Shown one piece after another: positions 49,337-60,408 of a stretch of 64,000 nt of DNA (position 1 is its first letter; each line of letters begins with the position of its first letter). Source of the stretch: a virus (Duplodnaviria > Heunggongvirae > Uroviricota > Caudoviricetes); IMG/VR virus record IMGVR_UViG_2541047959_000009; one strand, 5' to 3'. The translations under genes were made by a program, and so were the position numbers. The notes under the pieces are model-generated. The model worked only from the letters and a program-made list of their open reading frames with translations, had not been told where the DNA came from and did not search any database.

Positions 49337-50832
49337 TATGCGGACTCCTCTGAATACTGAAGACGGAACTGGTTAACCACGGCAAAGACACGCAACTGGT
49401 TAACATAGTCAGGCGGGAACAGCGTGTTCAGGCGGTTCGGATCGCTGGCATCACGCTCCACAACCAGGTACTGCTTAAAAAGTTCGTAGTTTTCCACGAT
49501 CCCCGCACGCTCAAGCTGACGGTAGGTTGCCAGCAGTTCCCCTTTGATCACCGCCGGGGTGACAATCGCCTGACCGGGACCAAAGCGGGTACCGTCGCTG
49601 GCAAGCTTGTGACGCCCGTACTTACTGGTAATGACGGATTTCAGTTTGCGCAGTACATACGCACTGGTATGCAGCGTCTCGCTGTCGAGGTAGCTGTTAT
49701 CCGCAACCCCGTAAGCGTTTTTCCTGTACGTGGTGACATCACGCTGAATGCGCAGTACCCCGCTTTCGACATACGCCGTTGCCACGCCATGAGACAGCAG
49801 GGTCTTTTGTTCGGTCATCGTGAACCGTTTCCCCTTCGGCGCAGGCAGCATACCCACCAGCTCACCGGTCTGCGTGGGACGTGCCGGATCGTTGCGGATA
49901 AACACCGCTGCGCGGGCGGTACGGCTTGCCGCCAGCTCGTCGGCAGGCGTCTGGGTGTCTTTTTCGTACCCCGCCAGGGTAATGTGCTGCTGGTTAAACT
50001 GGTCACCTGCGGTCACCAGTTCTGACAGCGTGCCGGTCTTTGCCGTATACACATGACCATACAGCTGACGCGCATAGCTCCAGCGACCGCTGGTATCGTT
50101 CATCTCGGTCACCAGCGTGTTAACGGAGGCCGTGTCGTTGAACGGCAGGCCGATATAATCAAACGGCTCATCCGCCATTGCAGCCACAGCGCCGGTGAGA
50201 ACCGGAGCACCCGTTCCGGCGGTACCCGTCACCACGGCAATCTGTACGCCCGCTGGCAGCACTTCGCCCCCACCAAAGCCGTAGTAATTGAGGCTGACAG
50301 GAATTTCATTCCCGCAAAGCCCCTTATGACGCGCGGTCAGTGTGACCACGCCTGCCGAAGATGAAGCCGTAAACGGCAGGGTCGGAACGGCATTGATGGC
50401 ATCCTGGATACTGCTGGCAATCATCGTAACGTTATCGCCGTTAGTCACCGGTACCTGCACGCGGGTACGTCCCACATACACATTCACCGTGCCGGTTTCG
50501 GTTGCCGCCCCGGTCACCGTCAGCGTAACCGTTGCCGCCGCGCCTGTGGATTCAGGAACGGCAATCACATACAGCTCGCCAAACGGGTCAGTCTGGCGAT
50601 AAGCCTCGACCATACGCGCCAGCTGACTTCCCGCACCACAAATCTGGCGTGCATAGTCTGCCGACGGCATCAGTACCAGACTGTTGGCAACAATCTCTGC
50701 ACCGTTATTGGCATGACCAATCAGCAGCGATGCTCCGCTGTCCTGTGCAGTATTCGCAGCCTGGTTATCCATTTCCGCATAAAACAGCGGAACCAGCGTA
50801 TTCGACGGAATGGTGTTAAAGCTTATCGTCAT
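49336..50832 (-). CDS. tail sheath protein
   Basis: 498-aa ORF, Mu L-like. Confidence 0.85.
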   Translation of the reverse strand: MTISFNTIPSNTLVPLFYAEMDNQAANTAQDSGASLLIGHANNGAEIVANSLVLMPSADYARQICGAGSQLARMVEAYRQTDPFGELYVIAVPESTGAAATVTLTVTGAATETGTVNVYVGRTRVQVPVTNGDNVTMIASSIQDAINAVPTLPFTASSSAGVVTLTARHKGLCGNEIPVSLNYYGFGGGEVLPAGVQIAVVTGTAGTGAPVLTGAVAAMADEPFDYIGLPFNDTASVNTLVTEMNDTSGRWSYARQLYGHVYTAKTGTLSELVTAGDQFNQQHITLAGYEKDTQTPADELAASRTARAAVFIRNDPARPTQTGELVGMLPAPKGKRFTMTEQKTLLSHGVATAYVESGVLRIQRDVTTYRKNAYGVADNSYLDSETLHTSAYVLRKLKSVITSKYGRHKLASDGTRFGPGQAIVTPAVIKGELLATYRQLERAGIVENYELFKQYLVVERDASDPNRLNTLFPPDYVNQLRVFAVVNQFRLQYSEESA

Positions 50833-50994
50833 CGGTGTTCACCTTTTTATTCACGCGCCGGATATCACCCGCTGCTTCACGGCGCAGCCAGTAGTTGTTC
50901 TCATCAACATTTCGCCCTTCGGCGGGCAAAAGGTCGCCGCGGGCAGGGTCAGGCACTGACCGCCCTTTAACAGGTTTCACAAACATGATGATCC

Positions 50995-51555
50995 TCAGGA
51001 AGGAAGGGGTATTTCGGTGTGATGTTCGATATCGCCGTCAGACCCGTTACCGGGATCGAGATAATCAACATCAATCGCCAGCGTTCGCAGTTCATCCAGA
51101 CTGTTCAGGTCATCCTGCTGGCGGGTATCGTCTTCGGTCAGCTCTCTGATGACCGAAAAATCGAACTGATAAATCAGCTCATGACGATTCAGATCCAGCA
51201 GCGTGCCGCCGTCATAGGTAATCGGGTTACCGCACGCTTCCGGGTTCCAGCCCAGCAGGGCCTTAAAGAGCATCTGCCGGACATCGTCCACCACATCATA
51301 CGAGGCAAACTGACCGCGCTCATCACGTCCGTTACTCAGTATGACAACCACGGAGAAGCCCTCTTTCAGCTCCTGCCAGTAGTCGGTCTGGCTTTTGTTT
51401 TCTCCCGGAGAGTCATCACCCGGTACCACATATGCCGCCGGGAGTCTCAGCTTTCCGACCTCCGGCAGATTTTTGAACTGTGCCGCGCCTGCCACCCGGT
51501 TTTCAAAATACGGGCAGCGGGCACGCAGCGCAGCAATAACAGGCGTCAGTTTCAT
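50995..51555 (-). CDS. tail completion/terminator-like protein
   Basis: 186-aa ORF between head-tail genes and sheath. Confidence 0.5.
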   Translation of the reverse strand: MKLTPVIAALRARCPYFENRVAGAAQFKNLPEVGKLRLPAAYVVPGDDSPGENKSQTDYWQELKEGFSVVVILSNGRDERGQFASYDVVDDVRQMLFKALLGWNPEACGNPITYDGGTLLDLNRHELIYQFDFSVIRELTEDDTRQQDDLNSLDELRTLAIDVDYLDPGNGSDGDIEHHTEIPLPS

Positions 51556-52058
51556 CTGCGTCGTCGCTCCGGCTTCAGTGATTTACGTAATTCCCGCGCC
51601 AGAAAATAGCGTGTCCAGCTGCGGTTCTTTTCAAGCGTTTCCACCATAAAGTTATTACGTGGAGCCAGTCGCCAGCCGCTGCCACCGGATGCACCACGAT
51701 GATGGCTGCGACGACGCTTTGCCCCTCGCCTCACGCCATAGAACAAAAAAGCCGGATAAAAATCACCGGTGATACGGCGGTTTCCCTCTCCATTACGCTG
51801 GTTAGGGGCTATACGTGCCATAAAACCAGGGCGATGTTTACTGGCTCTGGGTACCATGTAACCAATCGAACGAGCCAGGCGTCCGGTCTGATAACCGGGG
51901 TTTTCACCCGGTGCCGACCGCGCACGGCGCATCACCAGCCGACGGGCATCACGCATATGACGCTGACCAATCGTGACAAACGCCCGCCGGACACGGGCGC
52001 GGTTAAAGCGCATCTCCGCGGGCTGCTGAAAATCAACGTGCAAAAAGGAAGTCGTCAT
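51552..52058 (-). CDS. head-tail joining protein (HK97 gp10-like)
   Basis: 168-aa basic ORF, synteny. Confidence 0.5.
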   Translation of the reverse strand: MTTSFLHVDFQQPAEMRFNRARVRRAFVTIGQRHMRDARRLVMRRARSAPGENPGYQTGRLARSIGYMVPRASKHRPGFMARIAPNQRNGEGNRRITGDFYPAFLFYGVRRGAKRRRSHHRGASGGSGWRLAPRNNFMVETLEKNRSWTRYFLARELRKSLKPERRRR

Positions 52059-52443
52059 TGTTGCCTCCGTGACTCTGCCTACATTCGCCCAGCTCCGTAC
52101 ACTCCAGCAGCAGAAAGCGCCGCGCCCCGTTCAGATCGCGCTGACGTTTCACCCGGTACACACTGTCACCGCAGACCACCTCATAATCAGCGGTAATCCC
52201 CCGGCGGTAACGAATGGTGATGTAATGGGTGATGGCGTCCCCGGTCTGCGCGGTTTCCTGCCAGGTGGTGGCACTGGTCTGGATAACCTTCGCCCATGTC
52301 CGGAACGTAATCAGGTATTGAGGCTCCACGCCAAAGTTATCCGCGGGCATATCCACCCGCAGGCGGATCAGGACGCGTTTATTCAGTTCACCGGGGTCCG
52401 GCAGAATGTAGGTTGCGCTGGTCTGCGCCTGACGAATTTTCAT
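52033..52443 (-). CDS. head closure/head-tail adaptor protein
   Basis: 136-aa ORF, synteny. Confidence 0.5.
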   Translation of the reverse strand: MKIRQAQTSATYILPDPGELNKRVLIRLRVDMPADNFGVEPQYLITFRTWAKVIQTSATTWQETAQTGDAITHYITIRYRRGITADYEVVCGDSVYRVKRQRDLNGARRFLLLECTELGECRQSHGGNNDDFLFAR

Positions 52444-52763
52444 TGCGGAAAGTACCTGTACGGGCCGACAAGCCAGCCAAAACTCTGCGGCATGTCGAGT
52501 TTCTCCACTTCCGTAACCGACGAGCGGTTTTCGTAAAAATGGCTGATAAGCATCAGCATCCCCAGACGAATATCATCCGGCAGGTGCAGCCCGTCCGGAT
52601 CGCTGTCCGGAATGGTTTCATCCGGTGCATAGAGCTTCCGGTTCAGATACGTTTCCGTCCGCTTTTGTGCCGCACAGGCCAGCAGTTGCAGATGGCGGTC
52701 ATCAGCATCGAAATCCTCATCCAGCCGGAGTTGGGCTTTAATCTCTTCCATTGTCAGAAGCAT
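52440..52763 (-). CDS. head-tail connector protein (gp6-like)
   Basis: 107-aa ORF immediately after capsid region. Confidence 0.6.
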   Translation of the reverse strand: MLLTMEEIKAQLRLDEDFDADDRHLQLLACAAQKRTETYLNRKLYAPDETIPDSDPDGLHLPDDIRLGMLMLISHFYENRSSVTEVEKLDMPQSFGWLVGPYRYFPQ

Positions 52764-52765
52764 AC

Positions 52766-52966
52766 TCAGCCCTCTTTACTGGTCGTGGCTTTTTTCTCTT
52801 TTGCCGCTTTACTGCTTTTTGCACTGATTCCGCGCTCTGCTAACCCGGCCTGAAGTGCAATCTCCTGCACCCGGGCAGGAAGCGCCCCATCGTCATACTC
52901 ACCGGCCCGAATGACCTCAACACGCATACCGTCCGGTGACCATTTCAGATCTTGTTTCAGGATCAT
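52766..52966 (-). CDS. hypothetical small protein
   Basis: 66-aa ORF between capsid and connector genes. Confidence 0.4.
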   Translation of the reverse strand: MILKQDLKWSPDGMRVEVIRAGEYDDGALPARVQEIALQAGLAERGISAKSSKAAKEKKATTSKEG

Positions 52967-53015
52967 GATTCTTCACCCGTCAGAACAGGGGGCGCGGTTC
53001 CGCGCCCCTGAGTGA

Positions 53016-54221
53016 TTACGCCGCTGCAATCTTCAGCAGTTTGATGGCCTGCGAATCGACCAGCATCCCGCCGGTGCGCTTGGTGGTATAAAAACCGACA
53101 AACGGTTTATTGGTGTACGGGTCACGCAGAATGCGGGTGCCGATACGGTCAACGATGGTGTAACCCCGTTTGAAGTTACCAAATGCAATGGCTTTCGCAT
53201 CAGCGGCGATATCCGGCATCTGTTCGTTTTCAGCGATACCGTAACCCGCCAGAGAGGACGGCTGCCCCAGTTCCAGCCCCGGACGCCACAGATAGTTACC
53301 CTCGCTGTCTTTAAGCAGACGGATGGCAAACAGGCTGTTGTTGTTCATCATGAACTTCGCGCCAGTGCGGTGTGCCTTACGCAGCGTGTAAATCAGTTTG
53401 ATAATGGCGTCTGCGGTCACCGCCGTCGCTTCGCCGGATACAATATGCTGAAGTTTGCCGAACGCCCGGACCTTATCGGTTTCATCAGTGGATTCATACG
53501 CCAGGAACCCTTTCGGCTTCTTGGTACCATCGCCGGTGGTAAAGGCAATTTCTTCCTGTTCGGCAAATTCGGTTGCCAGCTCGCTGTTGATCCATGCTTC
53601 CACGTTGAAAAAGGCATCATCCAGCATTTTCTGGGTGGCCTGCGGGTTACCGTAGATTTCCCCCATGAAAGGTTCAATCAGGCCCAGTTTTGAGGTGGCA
53701 GTCTGGGAGCGCGCGTCAGTCTCGCCAACCCATCCGGAAGCCGTGCCGCCCAGATTCACCAGTTTTTTGTAGTCGGAACCACCAACGGTGATCACCGTGG
53801 CTTCCTGGCGCATCACCACTTCATCTTTCAGCAGGGTGAGAATGTTGCGATCCAGTGCTTCCGGCACGGCATAGCCGCCGTCTTCATCGGTGCCCACCTG
53901 CAATGCCTTGCGCTCCAGATCGCGCAGACCATCTTCACGGCCTTTACGCAGGAAGCCCACAAACGCTTCTTTATGCTCGGTGGCCAGTTTATTTTGCGCA
54001 CCACCTGCCGGACGTTTCAGCTCAAGCAGCTCTTTTTCAAGATCGCTTTTGAGGTTTTCCAGCTCGCTGAGTTTCCCGTTCAGGGTTTCCACCTGCCCGG
54101 CAAGTTTGCCTTTTTCCTGCTCAATCGCATCCACGCGCTTGTCGTTCTTTGCTTTGAAGTCGTCAAACTTCTGCTGCAGCTCCTGCGCGACCTGTTCGAC
54201 ATCTTTAATATCAACCGCCAT
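53016..54221 (-). CDS. major capsid protein (HK97 fold family)
   Basis: 401-aa ORF with N-terminal coiled-coil delta-domain-like region, downstream of protease. Confidence 0.85.
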   Translation of the reverse strand: MAVDIKDVEQVAQELQQKFDDFKAKNDKRVDAIEQEKGKLAGQVETLNGKLSELENLKSDLEKELLELKRPAGGAQNKLATEHKEAFVGFLRKGREDGLRDLERKALQVGTDEDGGYAVPEALDRNILTLLKDEVVMRQEATVITVGGSDYKKLVNLGGTASGWVGETDARSQTATSKLGLIEPFMGEIYGNPQATQKMLDDAFFNVEAWINSELATEFAEQEEIAFTTGDGTKKPKGFLAYESTDETDKVRAFGKLQHIVSGEATAVTADAIIKLIYTLRKAHRTGAKFMMNNNSLFAIRLLKDSEGNYLWRPGLELGQPSSLAGYGIAENEQMPDIAADAKAIAFGNFKRGYTIVDRIGTRILRDPYTNKPFVGFYTTKRTGGMLVDSQAIKLLKIAAA

Positions 54222-54235
54222 CGTATTTCTCCTGA

Positions 54236-54922
54236 TTAGAAGTTCAGATTTTTCAGTGCATTCAGTGCAGAGCCCACATCCTCAGCGTCGCGCAGGGACA
54301 GTGCGCCATAGCCCCCGGCCATGAATGCTTTGGCCTGGGTACGGGAGAGTCCGACATCACGCAGGACTCTTTCGATTTTTTTCTGTTCGGGGATTTCCCC
54401 GCGGGCCAGTGCGTTCTTGACGTCGCTGATCCGCGCCTCGTCGTTAGACGGGAACGTCACCAGGCTGACTTCCCAGAGGTCGATTTCTTTCAGCAGAAAG
54501 GCTTCTTTGCTCCGGTCGTATTCCCAGTCTTTCAGGACGTACCCAATAGAAAGGCCGGTTAACGAACCGGCCTTCATGTGTGCATGTGCGCGTTTTGCGA
54601 GGGGATCATCATCAATAAGCAACCGTCCCCTGACGTAAAGCCCGACATCGTCTTCCTTCATTTCGGTGTAAACACCGATGGGTTCATCCATGCGGTGCTG
54701 CCAGAGCAGCGCAGGTAACGCTTTTCTGTCACTCCACGCCCGCAGGGAAGCAGCAAATGCCCCGGACATCACCACATCATCGTGGCTGTCCTTTACACCA
54801 AAGACGGAGCCATACCCTTCAAACTCACCGGAGTCACTGACAGATTTCAGACTCAGCGGTACATCAAGACGTTGTTTCGTCTGCATTGGCGTTATCCTTC
54901 TGCTTACCGGCTTTACTGCCAT
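54236..54922 (-). CDS. prohead protease
   Basis: 228-aa ORF between portal and capsid. Confidence 0.7.
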   Translation of the reverse strand: MAVKPVSRRITPMQTKQRLDVPLSLKSVSDSGEFEGYGSVFGVKDSHDDVVMSGAFAASLRAWSDRKALPALLWQHRMDEPIGVYTEMKEDDVGLYVRGRLLIDDDPLAKRAHAHMKAGSLTGLSIGYVLKDWEYDRSKEAFLLKEIDLWEVSLVTFPSNDEARISDVKNALARGEIPEQKKIERVLRDVGLSRTQAKAFMAGGYGALSLRDAEDVGSALNALKNLNF

Positions 54923-56105
54923 CGGAGGGTTTCGTGGTCATGTTCATCGGTGTGAGATAGACATCCCCACCGGGACGGGGATTCATATCTTCCAGGTCGC
55001 GGCAGTCATTGGGAGAGTAAATTCCCCAGTTAATCCCGGTGGCGTAGGCTTCAAAACGGGACTTCATATCCCCGCGCAGTAACGCCCCGGCGTTAAATTT
55101 GGCGTAATAAACGCCCTGCTTACTTTTTCGAACCAGTCCGGTGTTGATCCGCTGCTCGATGCGGGTCAGATACGGCACCAGTGAATAGTTGATAAATCCC
55201 AGCCCCAGCTCTTCAATATTGTTGAAGGTGGCGCGATCGGTGTTCTGCACCATGTGCAACGGCACCCGGAACAGACGACAGATTTCTTCAAGCTGAAACT
55301 TGCGGGTTTCCAGGAACTGGCTGTCCTCGGCGTTCAGCGCCATCGACTTCCAGTCCAGCCCCATCTCAAGGATCATCGGGCGGTGAGCATTACCAAGCCC
55401 GGTGTGACGCTCCTCAAAATCTTTCTTCAGGCGCTCGTAAGCCTGATCTGACAGCGTCTGCTCTGTACGCAACACACCCGACGTCACCGCACCATTGCTG
55501 AACAGTCTGGCCCCGTGCTCTTCGGTCGCAGCTGCCAGCGATATTGCCTCGCGGGCATAGGCGATGGGATTCAGCCCCACCAGACCGTCCAGCGTCAGCG
55601 TGCGCACATGCCAGATATCTTCCTGGCTCAGCACATCCGTGGAGCCGTCCGAGAATGTGACCTGATAGACCGGCTCCCAGCTACTGTTAAGCTTCGGTAC
55701 CACACAGCCAGGATCGACGGGCAGCAGTTCAGCCACTTCGCCAAATGCTTTCACTTTGTAGGCGTAAAAGTTTCCCCGCAGGCACAGACAGGTGACCACC
55801 AGCTCCCAGAACTCCTGCGGCGTCATATAGCCATTGGGATGCGTGGAGATCAGCTTATGCAGACGTTCGCCGGTGGCCCTCTGTTTCAGGCTGCCGTTCA
55901 GGTGATACAGATTGCAGGGCAACATCCCGACCGACTCTGCCAGCACCCTGACGCAGGAAAAAACCGCCGTCAGTCGCATGGCCCGCTGGCTGCTGATCTG
56001 CTTTCCGGTATAGGTGTCGTATGACAGCCCGATAGCCTCCGCCAGCTCTGCTGGCGTGGTCACCGGCGCGTCACTTTTTCGTTGAAATAATCCCGAAAAG
56101 AACAC
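54864..56105 (-). CDS. portal protein
   Basis: 413-aa ORF downstream of large terminase. Confidence 0.85.
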   Translation of the reverse strand: MFFSGLFQRKSDAPVTTPAELAEAIGLSYDTYTGKQISSQRAMRLTAVFSCVRVLAESVGMLPCNLYHLNGSLKQRATGERLHKLISTHPNGYMTPQEFWELVVTCLCLRGNFYAYKVKAFGEVAELLPVDPGCVVPKLNSSWEPVYQVTFSDGSTDVLSQEDIWHVRTLTLDGLVGLNPIAYAREAISLAAATEEHGARLFSNGAVTSGVLRTEQTLSDQAYERLKKDFEERHTGLGNAHRPMILEMGLDWKSMALNAEDSQFLETRKFQLEEICRLFRVPLHMVQNTDRATFNNIEELGLGFINYSLVPYLTRIEQRINTGLVRKSKQGVYYAKFNAGALLRGDMKSRFEAYATGINWGIYSPNDCRDLEDMNPRPGGDVYLTPMNMTTKPSDGSKAGKQKDNANADETTS

Positions 56106-56287
56106 TATTTACCTCCGCCGACAGACAGCTGTGTACGATCGAGATATCGCGCCACCAGCCACGACCAGAACAGGCACAGCGCCCCGGCAACAACAAAACC
56201 CGCCGGGGGATAAATCAGCCAGGCACCATATGCCAGCAAAAGCGCACCCAGCACGCCCACCAGAGGCGCGAGAATCAGCATGATCAT
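56105..56287 (-). CDS. hypothetical small membrane protein
   Basis: 60-aa hydrophobic ORF. Confidence 0.35.
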   Translation of the reverse strand: MIMLILAPLVGVLGALLLAYGAWLIYPPAGFVVAGALCLFWSWLVARYLDRTQLSVGGGK

Positions 56288-56298
56288 AATTACCTCAG

Positions 56299-58032
56299 TT
56301 AAAGCGAGCGGATCCCGTAGGACTCAATGTGGTCAGACAGCGTGTCTTCTTTCTCGTACAACATGGCTCTGCCAACCGCCATAATCAGCGCAACTGCACC
56401 ATCGATTTTGTTTTCCGCCTGCTCTTTGACGGGTTTCACCACATCATCGTTACCCGGAATGGTTTTGCCGACCACGTTGCCGATACACCAGGTCATGATG
56501 GGATTGCCATCATGATGAAAGCGCCCCGATTCAATTGCCGCTTCCAGCTCTTTCATCGGGTCGGACATGTTGGTGTAGTTCTGAATGATAGTGATGGGGT
56601 TCAGGTCTTCATCAGCAAGGTCATGTGACAACCCGGTCGCCCCGAAGGGGTCGATGGGTGACTCACTGACCGGGCTGATTTTGTTCGCCGCTTTGGCCTC
56701 CTCGAGGATGTAGCGATAATCCACCTCCGCACCATCGGTAACGGTCAGAACGCCCATTTCCACCCATTTCTGAAAGCGTTCGGCTGTCCGTCGATCTTCA
56801 TTTTTCTCGACGCTGTACACCGTGTCATACGGTACCCAGAAACGCGGGGCCACACTGTAGTAATGCGTTTTACCGTCAATCTCGCGGGTATAAAGTCGCG
56901 CCATGCTGTTCATATCCAGCTTACGCGCCAGGTCAAAGGCCAGAATGCACGGCTGCCCCTCGAACTGCTCAAGGGTCAGTGATTTATCCTCGCAGCTCTG
57001 CCAGCTCACCAGGTTGAAATACGCCGAACGCGCCGACACCCAGATATTGAGGTGTTTTGTTTTAAAGACGTTTGCCAGACGGGCGTTATTTTTCGCACGC
57101 TGCTGCTGACTTAACAAAAATTCGCGATAAACCGACACGCCAATATTTGGATTGGCTTTTTCCAGCACCTGCGGGTCGGTCCAGTCGTCACCTTCATCAA
57201 CGGTATAGATGATCCCGAACAGTTCATCGTTAGGCACCGAGCCATTGAGCATCTCGATGACTTCCCGCCGCTTGTCGTAGCACGGCCCCTCAATGTTGTA
57301 CCCGGCGGTGGTGATAGCCCACATCAGTGGCTGACGTCGCGCCCCCATCCCGGTAAGCATCGTGGTGTAAAGCGCATCGGTGGCGTGCTCGTGATATTCA
57401 TCCACCACCGCACAGTGGGGTGATGAACCATCACCGGGGTTACCGATCAGCGGTTCAAACCGCGCGCCATCCTCCGGACGGTTCATGTTTGAGGCGTTAA
57501 CCTCAATCCCGAACGCTTCCGTCAGCATGGGTGTGCGTTTACACATCAGTCGAGCCGGGCGAAAGACTTCCCACGCCTGTTTCTCTGTCGTGGCACCGGA
57601 ATACACTTCCGCGCCAAACTCGTTATCACAGGCAAAACAATACAGGGCAACACCGGCAGAGATTGCCGATTTGCCGTTCTTACGGGGGATTTCGGTATAC
57701 ACCTCCCGGAAGCGGCGCAGCCGGGAGCCTTTATTGACCCAGCCAAACGCGCAGCAGATCACAAAGAGCTGCCACGGCTCCAGCGTGATGGGCATCCTCT
57801 TAAATGCCCACTCACCCTTGGTGTGCGGCAACAGCTGAATAAATTTGGCGGCCCGTTCAGCCAGGTCCTTGTCGAAGCGGTAACGAAACGACTTACTTTT
57901 TTCCGCCATCAGGTCATCAAGATGGCGCTGGCAGGCCTGAATCACAAACTGGCAGGCCACAATCTTTCCGCGCACGACATCCCGGGCATACTGATTGGCA
58001 GCATTTACGTTGGGGTAAGATTTCCGGCTCAT
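56299..58032 (-). CDS. terminase large subunit
   Basis: 577-aa ORF, upstream of portal. Confidence 0.9.
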   Translation of the reverse strand: MSRKSYPNVNAANQYARDVVRGKIVACQFVIQACQRHLDDLMAEKSKSFRYRFDKDLAERAAKFIQLLPHTKGEWAFKRMPITLEPWQLFVICCAFGWVNKGSRLRRFREVYTEIPRKNGKSAISAGVALYCFACDNEFGAEVYSGATTEKQAWEVFRPARLMCKRTPMLTEAFGIEVNASNMNRPEDGARFEPLIGNPGDGSSPHCAVVDEYHEHATDALYTTMLTGMGARRQPLMWAITTAGYNIEGPCYDKRREVIEMLNGSVPNDELFGIIYTVDEGDDWTDPQVLEKANPNIGVSVYREFLLSQQQRAKNNARLANVFKTKHLNIWVSARSAYFNLVSWQSCEDKSLTLEQFEGQPCILAFDLARKLDMNSMARLYTREIDGKTHYYSVAPRFWVPYDTVYSVEKNEDRRTAERFQKWVEMGVLTVTDGAEVDYRYILEEAKAANKISPVSESPIDPFGATGLSHDLADEDLNPITIIQNYTNMSDPMKELEAAIESGRFHHDGNPIMTWCIGNVVGKTIPGNDDVVKPVKEQAENKIDGAVALIMAVGRAMLYEKEDTLSDHIESYGIRSL

Positions 58033-58532
58033 GATTCGATGATTTTCAGAAACGGGTTAGTGGCTTTCTTCTGCCCCGCCAGGCCAATCAGACGCTGACG
58101 GCTGCTGGGGTCGAGTCCGAGCATTGCCCCCGTGCTGCTCATCTCGGACTCCTGTTCTTTTTTGGCTGTCAGCTCCGGATTTTTGACCCTGCCGCCCATT
58201 GCGCCGGTGATGGTATTGCCCTGTATGGCAATATTTTTCACAGCACGTCGCCAGAACTCATAGGCCACGCACCACCGCTCAAGCACCGCGAGGTCAGTCA
58301 CGCACAGCAGGCCCTGACCGCAGAGTTCTTTGGTTGTCAGTTGCCACATGATCGTGGCGAGAGGGAGATCTTCTTCAGCGAACCACTCCGGTGGCTCAAC
58401 ACCTTTGATGGGCGTAAAAACAGGTTCATCTTTGTTCAGGGCTCGCTTGCCGGGGTTTCCGGCCAGCGCCTTGCGCGCCGTTGGCTTGGGGCGACGCCCG
58501 GAACGCCCCGCCGTTCCAGCCATATGCGGCAC
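58029..58532 (-). CDS. terminase small subunit
   Basis: 167-aa ORF overlapping TerL start. Confidence 0.7.
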   Translation of the reverse strand: MPHMAGTAGRSGRRPKPTARKALAGNPGKRALNKDEPVFTPIKGVEPPEWFAEEDLPLATIMWQLTTKELCGQGLLCVTDLAVLERWCVAYEFWRRAVKNIAIQGNTITGAMGGRVKNPELTAKKEQESEMSSTGAMLGLDPSSRQRLIGLAGQKKATNPFLKIIES

Positions 58533-58648
58533 TCCTGGTTAAATTTCATTTTTCGCGGGTATAAAAAAACGATGGGGCGGGCAGTCCGGAAGACGTCAGG
58601 TCACAGGGATTTGACCCGCCCCTCCCCTCAGAAAGTTGAGAATTATTA

Positions 58649-58999
58649 TCACTTCAGTCGTTCACGGGCCGTCTTCGCCTTATGACACGGCCAGCACAGG
58701 CTCTGCAGATTGCAGTCTGCATCAGTGCCGCCATGCGCTTTAGGGATGATGTGGTCAACGGTTTTCGCCTCACGCACCACACCGACATGCAGGCACAACT
58801 GACACAGGCCTTTGTCACGCTTCAGCACGCGCGCGCGGATAACATCCCACTTCGAACCGTAGCCGCGCTGGTGACGGGATTGTCCTGGCTTGTATTGTTT
58901 CCAGCCTTCGCTTTTGTGGCTTTCACAATAGCCTGACGGATCAGTGGTGGTTTGGCGGCAGCCGCGAACGCGGCAGGCTTTTGGGGTTCGTGGGGGCAT
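58649..58999 (-). CDS. HNH endonuclease (terminase-associated)
   Basis: 116-aa ORF with CxxC...H..P...GG....N...LC..CH zinc-HNH motif. Confidence 0.8.
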   Translation of the reverse strand: MPPRTPKACRVRGCRQTTTDPSGYCESHKSEGWKQYKPGQSRHQRGYGSKWDVIRARVLKRDKGLCQLCLHVGVVREAKTVDHIIPKAHGGTDADCNLQSLCWPCHKAKTARERLK

Positions 59000-59101
59000 T
59001 TAAAGTGGGATCTAACTCTAATAATTTAAAAAATTTAATTGGGTCTTGATATTAATCACATAGACTCAATGCTCTTTAGTTCTTACATAGGTGGTTGTAT
59101 T

Positions 59102-59542
59102 ATGAGTATCCCCAGTTTAGATGTTCATAAAGTTGTTAAGTGCGCAGAGCATAAAAAGGCTTTAGATGCAATATCTCTCAAACTTAAGAATAACATTATT
59201 GACTCAAGCTCTGAATACGATTTTCTTGGCGACACAATAATTTTCAATAAAGATAAAAAAAATAGGTTAACCCTCAAACTTTCAACATATGAACTAGAAC
59301 TTATTTTCAAAGAAACACTGCTAGTCATTGATGAAGCTCCTGTATTGAAGTTTGCTGCCATTGACCCAACCGATGAAAATAACAACGAGCTGATTGATTT
59401 ATTTTTATCCAAAGGTGGATTTATTTATATTAGAGAATACAAATCCGAGCCACATTATGAGTATGGCGACACTTCTCTATTTTTACATATACTTGACGCT
59501 ACTCTTAAAGAGCTTAAATCTGCAAACAAAATATCCTATTAA
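59102..59542 (+). CDS. hypothetical AT-rich moron protein
   Basis: ORF 59039-59542 trimmed to MSIPSLD Met; opposite strand to all flanking phage genes. Confidence 0.55.
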   Translation: MSIPSLDVHKVVKCAEHKKALDAISLKLKNNIIDSSSEYDFLGDTIIFNKDKKNRLTLKLSTYELELIFKETLLVIDEAPVLKFAAIDPTDENNNELIDLFLSKGGFIYIREYKSEPHYEYGDTSLFLHILDATLKELKSANKISY

Positions 59543-59648
59543 ATAAATTTTTGCTAACATAGCCCCGCGCCATGACAAGATTTTCTGTTCTAGATGCAAG
59601 GGCTATGTGTGAATATCTATAAACAAAAACCCCATCCGGTGATTTTTG

Positions 59649-59873
59649 TCATTTTTTAGCCATCTCAATTGCGGCATCAAAAAGTCGTTCAAGAATAAAA
59701 TCAGGGTACTGTAATTTTTCTTGCTCGATATGAAGCTCATAAATTTTCCCTTCCCACTCCCATTTAAAATTAAATCCAGAAGCAGAAGGTGCGAAATGTG
59801 TTTTAGCTTTAGGGTTAGCGTAACCAGCAACAGTCAACACATCAAACTTAAAATCTTGAGGTTTAATACGCAT
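59649..59873 (-). CDS. hypothetical AT-rich small protein
   Basis: ORF 59649-59900, convergent with 59102-59542. Confidence 0.45.
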   Translation of the reverse strand: MRIKPQDFKFDVLTVAGYANPKAKTHFAPSASGFNFKWEWEGKIYELHIEQEKLQYPDFILERLFDAAIEMAKK

Positions 59874-59970
59874 AATCATATCCTTTGCCAAGTTCATCAT
59901 TATTCTTCTCGATTATAAAACAATGAATAAAATCATTAAAGCATAGACGTTAAATATCCTCAAAATGTGA

Positions 59971-60408
59971 TTAGTTGGGACATTGCGTCCTGATATACTC
60001 CTGCAAGTAATTGACCTGTGAGGTTATCTTGTCGATTCCACTTCGGAGACGGTAATAATGGAGTTCAGCATCTGCTGTAAGTCTAGGGCTTTCTCCATCG
60101 CCCATGCCGCTGGCTCCGGTCGTTGACTTTGTACAGGTGGCGGCGACTTGCAGGCGCTTATGCCCAGCAGAAACATCAGCACGAAGACTTTCGATAGTCG
60201 CATTAGCATCAGCAAGCTCCTTTGTATATCTGGCATCGAGTTCAGCTACATTACGTTGACGCTTCTGCATATCAGCGATGATGGATGTGGCTTTATCGCG
60301 CTGTACTTTGTAGACGATGGCGTCATCACGGTAATTATCAACAGCCCATGACAAGCAGACGATGATGCAGATAACCAGAGCGGATATAATCACCGTTACT
60401 CTGCTCAT
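59971..60408 (-). CDS. Rz: Rz-like i-spanin
   Basis: 145-aa ORF near-identical in pattern to lambda Rz ([22 protein letters not shown]). Confidence 0.85.
   Translation of the reverse strand: MSRVTVIISALVICIIVCLSWAVDNYRDDAIVYKVQRDKATSIIADMQKRQRNVAELDARYTKELADANATIESLRADVSAGHKRLQVAATCTKSTTGASGMGDGESPRLTADAELHYYRLRSGIDKITSQVNYLQEYIRTQCPN
60024..60209 (-). CDS. Rz1: Rz1-like o-spanin lipoprotein
   Basis: Embedded ORF in +1 frame of Rz with lipobox LLGISAC and Pro-rich region. Confidence 0.6.
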   Translation of the reverse strand: MLMRLSKVFVLMFLLGISACKSPPPVQSQRPEPAAWAMEKALDLQQMLNSIITVSEVESTR

